Shown: one piece after another, positions 53,440 to 62,185 of the stretch
Numbering within the stretch: the first letter of the stretch is position 1
Layout of the letters: each line of letters begins with the position of its first letter
DNA from: a virus
DNA length: 64,000 nt
IMG/VR virus record: IMGVR_UViG_3300045988_159775
Strand: one strand, 5' to 3'
Notes under the pieces: generated by a model
What the model was told of the DNA's origin: nothing
Database searches by the model: none
Seen by the model: only the letters and a program-made list of their open reading frames with translations
Program-made: the position numbers and the translations under genes

Positions 53440-54787
53440 CCCAATCCATATTTAGCGTCCGCACACGATCGTAAAAACGAGAATAAGCAAAATTATTTGC
53501 TATGTGAATTGGATCACCTCTCTTGTAATCACGAAGTTTATCTGTGTGTAATCTCATAATTTCGTCTTTCATTTCATCACGCGTCTGATTAATGGTTATA
53601 AAGACGTCAAAAGGACGAATCTTGCCCTTATCCTCACTTAATTGAGCACGCGTTATTACGAACTCTGGGTCATTTCTCTTTTCCTCGTCTATGCTACTAC
53701 TTTGCGTTGCCGTATGTACCACGGCATTGAATTCCATAGCAAGAGTTTTCATACCCTTAGCCAATTTAGCCTGTCGGAAACGTTCCTCACTGGGACTGTA
53801 ACGGATTCCATCGCCTACCTCAACCAATTCTAAATAGTCGATCACTATCACGTCTACCTTACCATATATTTTCTCAATCTCCTTTAGTTCCCTACGAATA
53901 TCATTCAAAGACTTACCACCCCATTCTTCCTCAGAGATTACGATAATATCAGATTTATGGAGTTTCTTCACAATACGTTTCGTAACCTCCATTTTCTTAT
54001 CCGGAATATTACCAAGTTTGACGTCTTGGTAAAGTGTACCTGTCCAAGCGGCATCGTAACGGTTTAAGCATTGCTCCTTTGTACCCTCTAACTGAAAATG
54101 AGCCGTCCGGTGCCCTTGACGCGCGGCGGCTATTCCCATAGCCGTTAAACATTGACTCTTTCCCGCACCGGAATCACCCAACCAAAGAACGCATTCACCC
54201 GTTTCTGGTCCACCGAATTCTCCCCCCAAACGGTAATCAAGTTCATCAATGCCCGTGGGGATTTTAAAACGTTTTTGGTAATCCTCGCTCTTGCGCCGGG
54301 CTTGACGTGCAGCGAAGTCTCCAAAGACAGTCTCAAAATGAGGTTCCATAATAGAGAATTTAGCAAATTCCTCCGCATATTTTACAAACGTATCATACGC
54401 CTTATCCTTTTCCCCTCTATTGTATATATCGGCTATCTTATCATTAACCTCCAAGAACTTCATCTTTTTTATGAAATTCTCAAAAGTATTCATAAGACTC
54501 GTTTCAAATCCCTCGTCATCCTCAAATTCTACTTCGTTGATCTCTGCGATTAAGTCTAAGACTTTTCCAGACTCAGAGAACTGCTGTTGCATTTGACCTA
54601 TCGTGGGTATTCTTCCGCGTTTATCAAATTCCTTAGTAGCCCATTGCCATAGTTGTTTTTCGGCTTCCGTCTGAAGAAAAGAGAACTTAAGATATTGACG
54701 TACGGTATCGAAGATCGTGCGTTTGTGAAAAGATGCCGCAAAAAGTTCTTTTATATAGTTACTCGTTAAATTATTGTTTCTTGCCAT
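53420..54787 (-). CDS. dnaB: replicative DNA helicase (DnaB-like)
   Basis: Walker A LGDSGAGKSQCL, Walker B VDVIVIDYLELV, and a RecA-fold C-terminal domain. Confidence 0.8.
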   Translation of the reverse strand: MARNNNLTSNYIKELFAASFHKRTIFDTVRQYLKFSFLQTEAEKQLWQWATKEFDKRGRIPTIGQMQQQFSESGKVLDLIAEINEVEFEDDEGFETSLMNTFENFIKKMKFLEVNDKIADIYNRGEKDKAYDTFVKYAEEFAKFSIMEPHFETVFGDFAARQARRKSEDYQKRFKIPTGIDELDYRLGGEFGGPETGECVLWLGDSGAGKSQCLTAMGIAAARQGHRTAHFQLEGTKEQCLNRYDAAWTGTLYQDVKLGNIPDKKMEVTKRIVKKLHKSDIIVISEEEWGGKSLNDIRRELKEIEKIYGKVDVIVIDYLELVEVGDGIRYSPSEERFRQAKLAKGMKTLAMEFNAVVHTATQSSSIDEEKRNDPEFVITRAQLSEDKGKIRPFDVFITINQTRDEMKDEIMRLHTDKLRDYKRGDPIHIANNFAYSRFYDRVRTLNMDWDEKDED

Positions 54788-55373
54788 ATCCGCGTTTTAC
54801 GTACACTTTCGGGTAAACTTCCGAAAGCATCGTTTTACATTCATTTTTAAAATCACATCGCGTACAAAGAGAACTACGGTGATGATAAAGAGTAGTATTT
54901 GCTACGCACCAAGATAGTCCACGTTTCGTATTGAAATACTCCTTTTTAGCGTTCTCTTCAACGGGACGTAGTACGTTAATTAACTCTGAAATACGGGACG
55001 AAATACGAACCTGTGGACGAAGAATCCCCAACTTTTTTACATGACCGCGTACAATACGTGCGTTGAACTCCGGATCAAACTTTCTCCAACGTTCAATAGC
55101 CTTTTTACCAAACATCCATTGGAATCTAACGGAACGTGAATAATCACGGTCACTTCCCGTATTAAACCAAGACTGAAATTGATAATTCAAAAACGTCCGG
55201 ATGAATTCCTCTCCAACCGAACGTCCGTCAAACTGAGTAAGGAAATACTCAAAGGCTTCCGTATCCGCATCATTGCACTTATATCCCACCACCCTCCGTT
55301 TAGTTATTGAAGACAGCATATCAATGAACATGTCTACCGCCATGCGGTAAAGCCGGGATTCTCTTCTATTCAT
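54771..55373 (-). CDS. hypothetical protein
   Basis: 200-aa ORF between two helicase genes, with a C-terminal Cys cluster (CTRCDFKNEC). Confidence 0.5.
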   Translation of the reverse strand: MNRRESRLYRMAVDMFIDMLSSITKRRVVGYKCNDADTEAFEYFLTQFDGRSVGEEFIRTFLNYQFQSWFNTGSDRDYSRSVRFQWMFGKKAIERWRKFDPEFNARIVRGHVKKLGILRPQVRISSRISELINVLRPVEENAKKEYFNTKRGLSWCVANTTLYHHRSSLCTRCDFKNECKTMLSEVYPKVYVKRGYGKKQ

Positions 55374-56872
55374 AGTCTAAACCATTTACGTATCCAACGT
55401 TCCAAAGTTTCGTAGCAATCGTCAACCTCCGTATCTAAGATTCCTACGTTACGTTCACCGATTGCGTCTACGTAGGTTTGTAACCTTGACGCTGAATGAT
55501 CAGTAAAATAAGCATCAAACTCATCAAAGAAATCCAATATGAGGCTTCTATCCTTTATATCCGTTGTTCCTAACACACGACCTTTCCGCTGAATCGTGTT
55601 AGCATCCTCCAACCCGCCATCTATGTTTATCATAACTTCTACGGACGGTAGCGTGACTCCCTTTTTGAATATTCCCGAAGCGGACAACATGCCGCCCGTA
55701 GCATTAAGAAATTCCGTCTTTGCTCGCTCTCTATCCTCATTGGACGTTTCTCCGCTGATAAAAGGTATTCCCGTCAACCTTTCCACGCGTTTCCCGTGCT
55801 CTATGCTTTGGAAAAGCAGTAGAGTCTTTAGGTTCAATCTCTGAAGAATCTCTATCACTCTACGCAATACCCCGTTACGGTACGCAGAATTAAAAATCAA
55901 CTCCTTGCGGTACAATTCGTAATCATCTTGAGCAACGCTATACTCTATATCATTGTGATTTACGACCAACATAAACACGCGGTAATCTGACAAAACTCCT
56001 CGCTCTTTCAACGTCTTTTCACTAATTTCATAAACAACATCGCCAGACCATTCGCGGAGTTTAAGATTTTGAACCAGCGCACCGCTACGATAAGGCGTTG
56101 CTGAAAGACAAAGTTGATATTCCAATTTCTTACACTTCCGGTAAATCTTCAATTTAGAATCAGAAGCATTCTCATGTATCTCATCAACCGCCAAGAACTT
56201 CAACTCTTTCAAATACCTTTCCAACGTCCGTTTCTTCTTCGCGTCCTTACAACGGTTCGAAAGCGTACTTTGTATTGTTTGAATCATGCCTACCGTCACG
56301 CGTTCCGTCACGTCTATCTTCCCCTCCCTTATCTCACCAATGCGCAATTCCCCGTAACGCGGTTCGTAGAACGTCCGGAAGTCGTTTATTGCCTGAGAGA
56401 AAAGTGTGCGGTTATCCGTAACAAACAAAAAGTTTCCCTCATCCGTAGCAAGGAAAATCCTCATAATCTCAGCCGCAATGAACGTCTTACCGCCGCGCGT
56501 TGGAACAACTATGATACCGAACCTACGTTCAAAGAACCTCCTAACGGCATGACTTTGATGAATGTACTTTCCCGTCATACGGTCATCTATCTCAATGCCC
56601 TCCGGCAAGGCGTATGCGTAATCCTCTACTTCATACTCAACGCCGTTTTCTTTTAGATACGTCTCCAAAATCTTCAACATACCGATCTGAAACTTACGAC
56701 TCTTTTTATCAAATTTCCTTATGCGGTGAGAATACGCAAATGGATCTGGATTGAGAAAAGTCAAAGCCCGTGCAACGTGACGAATGCCGCCCTTATTTGA
56801 ACCAGCAAAGGAATACGTCATGTTATCAACGCGAACTATCGAAACCTTAGATTTATTTCCAATGCTCGTCAT
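55370..56872 (-). CDS. SF2 DEAD/DEAH-box helicase (UvsW / type III restriction res-subunit-like)
   Basis: Motif I PTRGGKTFIAA, II LAVDEIHE, III LSATP and VI QRKGRVLG. Confidence 0.8.
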   Translation of the reverse strand: MTSIGNKSKVSIVRVDNMTYSFAGSNKGGIRHVARALTFLNPDPFAYSHRIRKFDKKSRKFQIGMLKILETYLKENGVEYEVEDYAYALPEGIEIDDRMTGKYIHQSHAVRRFFERRFGIIVVPTRGGKTFIAAEIMRIFLATDEGNFLFVTDNRTLFSQAINDFRTFYEPRYGELRIGEIREGKIDVTERVTVGMIQTIQSTLSNRCKDAKKKRTLERYLKELKFLAVDEIHENASDSKLKIYRKCKKLEYQLCLSATPYRSGALVQNLKLREWSGDVVYEISEKTLKERGVLSDYRVFMLVVNHNDIEYSVAQDDYELYRKELIFNSAYRNGVLRRVIEILQRLNLKTLLLFQSIEHGKRVERLTGIPFISGETSNEDRERAKTEFLNATGGMLSASGIFKKGVTLPSVEVMINIDGGLEDANTIQRKGRVLGTTDIKDRSLILDFFDEFDAYFTDHSASRLQTYVDAIGERNVGILDTEVDDCYETLERWIRKWFRL

Positions 56873-57194
56873 ACATCTTTCGCAATTGAGAATTCGTCAT
56901 TTCTTCTGGTATGTGCTTCTTAACAAGATACGCGCCCCTCCGTTTCCCATAAAGTTCCAAAAAACCCGTTCCGGTCAAAAGATTGCGTATTTGATCCACT
57001 GAATTACTCGAAATAACCGTATGATACTTCACTGGGTCTAATATGTCATAGCCGTTTGCTATAAAAAATCCTTGTTCTTTCAAGCGATCAAAGAAATCTT
57101 GGCGGTATAACAAATTTCCAACGGGCATTCCGTTTACGCACTCTTTGATCACTTTCCAAATTGATCTTTCCTTTGGTTTTTGCTTCTTTTCCAT
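56853..57194 (-). CDS. hypothetical protein
   Basis: 113-aa ORF, the first gene after the 57195-57570 noncoding region. Confidence 0.5.
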   Translation of the reverse strand: MEKKQKPKERSIWKVIKECVNGMPVGNLLYRQDFFDRLKEQGFFIANGYDILDPVKYHTVISSNSVDQIRNLLTGTGFLELYGKRRGAYLVKKHIPEEMTNSQLRKMYDEHWK

Positions 57195-57499
57195 TTTTTC
57201 TTAATTTCTTTGGGGTGAGGAAGTAAAACTAAAGTTTACCCCTATAATCCCCTCATTTGTTAGTAATGATTAAAATAACTTTGGGTATGAGTACTCAGTT
57301 GTCAAAAGTTTACCCTATATTCATCCAAGACAGAGCTGAGATTTTTTACGTTGGTGAGGTACTGGTGAATACGTTCGCTCTACCGTATGAGTAGTAGTTA
57401 ACTTTGAAAGATTCGATCTTAATAAGAATGATTTACATGACCGTTATCGCGTTTTAAGTAACCGTGAAAGAAAATCTACGTTTAAGGTTTGAAAGTGCT

Positions 57500-57545
57500 A
57501 ATACAAAAGAAAGAGAGATAAAATCAAATGATCTATCCCTCTTTC
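57500..57545 (-). terminator. rho-independent terminator after the tail fibre cluster
   Basis: Minus strand GAAAGAGGGATA-N13-TATCTCTCTTTC forms 12 bp with one G.U, followed by TTTTGTATT. Confidence 0.6.
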
Positions 57546-57570
57546 AAGTCAACATATATAAAAACCAACC

Positions 57571-59991
57571 CTATGTTAATGCTGTACCGTCTAAATTAGT
57601 CCATAACGTACCATCCCAACAAATATACTTTTTCAAAGTAGTATCATAGTATTGGAATCCAGAGTCATCAGCCGACAAATTAACAGGTCTTAAAGAAATC
57701 GTTCCCTTGTTATTAAAAGCACTTTGACCATTAGAATTTATCCATTTTGATCCATTCCAAAAAATTGGTATTTGTAAAGAAGCATCAAAGAACTTATACC
57801 CAAGGGGAATTTTAGTGTACTTATATTCCGGTCTTTCTAAAGACGTTCCGCTGGTATTTATTTCGGAAGAAAGTTCATAAGGCAAAACAATAGCGTCTGT
57901 TAACCAATCTTCTATTGTAGAAATAGCATTTTCAGATAATGTAAAATTACTTCCTGAAATAGCGGTAATATTCGCCTTTCCGTTATTAATATACTCTGAA
58001 TTAACAACATCTCCTATACTCCAATTCCAAACGCTGCCGGAACAAACAACCGCATTGCTTCCCTCCGTAAAGGTTGCACCTGTATTGTAGTGAAGTTTTC
58101 CACCCTTGAGAACTTTATATATAGTGTTATTAGTTTCCAAAAATATAAAGTCTCCATCAGATAAAACTGCATTTGCGGTAGTTTCTTTGGGAACTAAATA
58201 AGGATAATTAGATACCGTAGCAAAAGCATTCGTTCGGAGAATTGCTGGACCTTTTGAATACCCATATTTATAAGTAGTACTAAATGAATTGCTTATATTT
58301 TGATATGAATAATTAACTCCGCTTACGCTAATATCTACAATGTCAACGGGGAAATTTTCATCCACATCGCTATAATTAACATTGAAAATATTATTGTTTA
58401 TATTTACGTCCTGACAATTTTGAATCTTTGTAATATATTTACAACCTACGTTACTGGCGGTAGAGGAATTTATTATATTGTTGCTTATGTTAACACTTCG
58501 TGTTCTTCCTCCGCTTTGAGTAGAACAAATAATTACCGCATAATCTATACTGCCTGCTGCACCGCCTATTTGATTATTGCTGAAATTTAAACTGAATATA
58601 TTAGTTATATACTCAGAACCTGTACTGCCGCTGATTATACCAAAAGTAAAGATTGCTGGTGGTACGTTATCAAAATAGTTAGTTATGGCAGAATAATCAG
58701 CACATTCAAAGTAATTGTTTATCACTGAAAGTCCACTTATTCCACTAAGCGCAATAGCTCCTTTTGTATTCCCCTCTAATTCATTCCCTATTATAACACC
58801 TCCGAATCCACCCCCGGTAATAGTAGTAGGTTCAGATTCAATGGCTGCTCCAGCTAATTGTTGAAAAACGCAATTTGATATATTTTGTAAAGTAGGCTGA
58901 TATGTTTCTTGAGAATAGTGTAAACCTCCGCCCTTAGTAGAATTAACTCCAACGCATCTCTCAAAAACATTTAGAAAAATATTGTTATTCACCACGCTAT
59001 GTAAGTGATAAATACCTTTCTCAAATTTAGCAAATCCACCATATACCTTTACATCTGAACAAGTGCTTCGAATTATTTCGTATAAGAGTATAGCGCTATC
59101 AAGTTGGGAATTATTAGTTATATATACGGCAAAATTAGATAAGAAATCATATTGAGAAATAATATTGCTATTTCTATTGATAGACAAAACGGCTGAAGAA
59201 GTATCAACCATGTTTGCTATAAATCCGGTATCCGTACCGCTTCCCTCAATAGTTACTCCGCTTGTATAATGTGCTGTAACGTTTATATCTATTTCTTTGG
59301 TTATGTAATACAGACCACTCAATAAAATAGAATGAACATTAGTACTTATCAGCGCGGCTTTTACGCTATCAAAAGCACTATTTGAATTGACAAGAGTCTC
59401 TGTGGTGCTTATTGATCCAGTGGGGTTGTTCAAAACGTCTTTCTTGTAAGACTTTGCTCCAAACCATTCCGGCTTAAGATGACTCACGTTCCAAGTTCCT
59501 GCTAACTCAAGAGTAGTGCTATCAAAGATTTTTCTTGATCCGGCTTTAATTACGGTATTGTTGCCAAATATCTTTCCGTTCTTTATACTTCCTCCTTGAA
59601 AATCAAGCGTACATCCCTCTAACATTAGCAAAGCACCACGCTTTAAATCCAAATCTTGAGTTATCTTGAAGATAGTATTAGTTTTGTCGAAGTAATCTTG
59701 TTGCGGCGCGTTGATATCTGGACCAAACCAATCAGAAGTATCGGTTGCGCCTGTAGAATCTGTTACAACGGCTTTAACTAACCACATATCGCTCAATAAC
59801 ATATTTTTCGTAACAGTTACAAGCGTTCCGTCCGTACCATTTAAGGAATACCAAGGCAAGTATTCGCCATCCAGACTAAACGTGTACGGCTCAGTTCCTC
59901 CCGTAGCCGATAAACTGGCTATGACCGTCCCTGCTGGAACGCTCTTATCAAAGAGGATATTGTATTTATTTACAGAAATTTGTAATGCCAT
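57571..59991 (-). CDS. tail fibre/spike protein with a pectate-lyase-like right-handed beta-helix
   Basis: LKPEWFGAKSYKKD resembles the Pectate_lyase_3 N-cap. The middle is N/S/G/I-rich beta-helix-like repeats. The C-terminus has FFDASLQIPIFWNGSKWINSNG and YYDTTLKKYICWDGTLWTNLDG motifs. Confidence 0.65.
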   Translation of the reverse strand: MALQISVNKYNILFDKSVPAGTVIASLSATGGTEPYTFSLDGEYLPWYSLNGTDGTLVTVTKNMLLSDMWLVKAVVTDSTGATDTSDWFGPDINAPQQDYFDKTNTIFKITQDLDLKRGALLMLEGCTLDFQGGSIKNGKIFGNNTVIKAGSRKIFDSTTLELAGTWNVSHLKPEWFGAKSYKKDVLNNPTGSISTTETLVNSNSAFDSVKAALISTNVHSILLSGLYYITKEIDINVTAHYTSGVTIEGSGTDTGFIANMVDTSSAVLSINRNSNIISQYDFLSNFAVYITNNSQLDSAILLYEIIRSTCSDVKVYGGFAKFEKGIYHLHSVVNNNIFLNVFERCVGVNSTKGGGLHYSQETYQPTLQNISNCVFQQLAGAAIESEPTTITGGGFGGVIIGNELEGNTKGAIALSGISGLSVINNYFECADYSAITNYFDNVPPAIFTFGIISGSTGSEYITNIFSLNFSNNQIGGAAGSIDYAVIICSTQSGGRTRSVNISNNIINSSTASNVGCKYITKIQNCQDVNINNNIFNVNYSDVDENFPVDIVDISVSGVNYSYQNISNSFSTTYKYGYSKGPAILRTNAFATVSNYPYLVPKETTANAVLSDGDFIFLETNNTIYKVLKGGKLHYNTGATFTEGSNAVVCSGSVWNWSIGDVVNSEYINNGKANITAISGSNFTLSENAISTIEDWLTDAIVLPYELSSEINTSGTSLERPEYKYTKIPLGYKFFDASLQIPIFWNGSKWINSNGQSAFNNKGTISLRPVNLSADDSGFQYYDTTLKKYICWDGTLWTNLDGTALT

Positions 59992-60006
59992 AATTCCTTT
60001 TGTTCT

Positions 60007-62178
60007 TTATATTATTGCTACTTTATCAACTAACGTACCGTCCGTGTTTCTCCAATTCGTCCCATCGTAGTGAACTTCGTTATTTCTCCAAAGCGCCTTT
60101 AGTCCCGGAACGGCATACGTAATGTGTGCTAAATTATCCGTATCATTCAAGATAAGATTATTGATAATGCTACGAATATTATTTATTGGAGCATCAAGAC
60201 GGTAATTTATTGCATACAACAAGGTATTGTTATCATAAACATTTCCTATTGTAGCATTGGTAACTCCCGTTAAACGGCAAAGACAAAATTGATTTTCTCC
60301 TGTAGAATAACGTGTATTATCCCGTACTACTACGTTTTCACAGTTGTCTAAAAGTATAACGTCATCCGATATGTTATTACCAAAGTAATTATCGTAAATT
60401 TGAATATTATCTCCTCTATGTAATTCAATACTTTGAATTAAGGAAGTATTCAAACGACAATTCTTAATGACAGCGTTCGTTATGTTTTCCCCTACTTGAT
60501 TTGGTCCGGTTATGATTCTACGTTTGAAATCGCAATTGTCTATCAAGAAGTTATTCAAGTTTCCATTAAACAGCATCTTCATAAGAACGGAATTGCGGAA
60601 AGAAAGCCCGTCTATGTCTCCATTCAAAACAATATAAGGATTATTGCCGTATATAAAGGAATCTTCTATATCATAACGGAAATTATCAATGTCTACGTTC
60701 TTACATTTTCCTATGTAGAGGAAAGGATAATTCACCGTTGTATCGTGATTAACTACGTTAATGTTCCGTAATTGCAGTTTTTCGCTTTGGTAAGCAATGA
60801 TCTGATTCTTCGTAGGGGCTACGTAGCAATCTATCAAAAGACCGTCTACAATGACGTTAGACGTATTAAAAGCAATATGCAAATCCGTAGAGTAATCTAC
60901 ATCCGTATTCACAGGATTTGAATTCTTTATAATCCGGTTGTTCTTTATAGCTATGTTTGCCGTTGAAGTAGAAAGAGAACCAACGAGAATTCCCTTGACG
61001 TTATCTATAAAGAGATTGTTTTCAACCAAGACGTCATAGATTGTTTGATTTTCGTCATGTTCTATGTCAACGCCAGCAGATGGCGCTGTACCTTGAATGT
61101 TTTCCAACGTACAATTCCGGATTATTACACCTCGGCTTGCTCCTACGCTAATACCTTGACGGCGGTTATTGCTTGAATAAATTCCGTCAATAATAATATT
61201 CTCCGAATCTGAACCGATAATTATTCCATCTCCAGTACAGTCGCGTGTAGTTATTCCGGCTACGTGAACATTTTTACAATCGCGAATATAGAGTCCGTAC
61301 CCCCATTCGTGAGTAGAATCTGATGGATTATACGTATGTCCCGATCTATCGCCTACTATTGAACCGCTTCCGGTAATAGTTACGTTAGATTTGCTGTAAA
61401 GCCCCATAATGGCATAACGCTCTAAGGAGTTTGGAGTGAGCGTTATTGTGCCGTTCAATATTATGAGCGAGTTAGAGGTAGGCTGAATTAAAGAATCCGT
61501 TACAGCACTTGTAAATTGTGTTGTACTATGATCTGAGTTTATAACTACTACGCAAGGGTGAGAATCCTGAGTTAACGCGAATAATGATCTTAAAAGACGA
61601 GCGTTTGAGTTTACATAATCTACAAGATTTTCATCTGTAACGTAATCTACTATCCAAGTACCATTAATGAACGTATTCTTGAATAAATAGTCTGAAGAAT
61701 CAATAACGGTATTTTTACCGATTAATGAACCTCCGGAAATACTACCTCCATTGAATCTAAGTACGCAACCCTCCGGAACGGTAATGGTATCAAGAATCGT
61801 AAAGTCATAACGAATTTCATAGATAGTATTAGTGTCCATCATTTCCGTTTGCTTCAAAACATTGTTTATTCCAGAAGCTATTCCGCGAAGAATCTTGTAA
61901 CCCTTATCAACGTATTTTGCTGAATTTACAGGTCTATCCGCTATATACAAAGACGTAGATATACCTGTGTCGTCTTTTGTGATATCTTCCGAATCAACAA
62001 TATTACTTCCCCCACCGCCTGCGCCGCGATAAGGCAGATCATTCCAAGCCGTTTTTCCGTCTCCTAATTTATAGAGAAGAGAATCAAGCTCATAACCCGG
62101 TTCTCCGGATGCAAGCACAGGGTTGTATTGCTCCCACCGGGCTTTAGTATCCCTCCTTAATTGTATCTTATCAGCCAT
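60007..62178 (-). CDS. tail spike/depolymerase: Mtd/hyaluronidase-type N-terminal domain plus beta-helix
   Basis: ADKIQLRRDTKARWEQYNPVLASGEPGYELDSLLYKLGDGKTAWNDLPY is the common phage fibre N-domain. PbH1-like repeats follow (RDCTGDGIIIGS, NNRRQGISVG, NIQGTAPSAGVDIEH). Confidence 0.7.
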   Translation of the reverse strand: MADKIQLRRDTKARWEQYNPVLASGEPGYELDSLLYKLGDGKTAWNDLPYRGAGGGGSNIVDSEDITKDDTGISTSLYIADRPVNSAKYVDKGYKILRGIASGINNVLKQTEMMDTNTIYEIRYDFTILDTITVPEGCVLRFNGGSISGGSLIGKNTVIDSSDYLFKNTFINGTWIVDYVTDENLVDYVNSNARLLRSLFALTQDSHPCVVVINSDHSTTQFTSAVTDSLIQPTSNSLIILNGTITLTPNSLERYAIMGLYSKSNVTITGSGSIVGDRSGHTYNPSDSTHEWGYGLYIRDCKNVHVAGITTRDCTGDGIIIGSDSENIIIDGIYSSNNRRQGISVGASRGVIIRNCTLENIQGTAPSAGVDIEHDENQTIYDVLVENNLFIDNVKGILVGSLSTSTANIAIKNNRIIKNSNPVNTDVDYSTDLHIAFNTSNVIVDGLLIDCYVAPTKNQIIAYQSEKLQLRNINVVNHDTTVNYPFLYIGKCKNVDIDNFRYDIEDSFIYGNNPYIVLNGDIDGLSFRNSVLMKMLFNGNLNNFLIDNCDFKRRIITGPNQVGENITNAVIKNCRLNTSLIQSIELHRGDNIQIYDNYFGNNISDDVILLDNCENVVVRDNTRYSTGENQFCLCRLTGVTNATIGNVYDNNTLLYAINYRLDAPINNIRSIINNLILNDTDNLAHITYAVPGLKALWRNNEVHYDGTNWRNTDGTLVDKVAII

Positions 62179-62185
62179 ATTCTAA

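Noticed and set aside
56114-56656. 180-aa plus-strand ORF inside the SF2 helicase gene. Similar internal or alternative-frame ORFs occur at 645-872, 2073-2414, 3610-4005, 10650-10958, 11501-11932 and 31245-31436.
   Set aside because: All are embedded in or overlap genes with clear motif support on the minus strand. Several begin with GTG or TTG, which the track writes as M.
60007-62178. A diversity-generating retroelement, suggested by the Mtd-type N-terminal domain.
   Set aside because: No reverse transcriptase ORF and no template/variable repeat pair is visible in the window. The N-domain is widespread in ordinary phage fibres.
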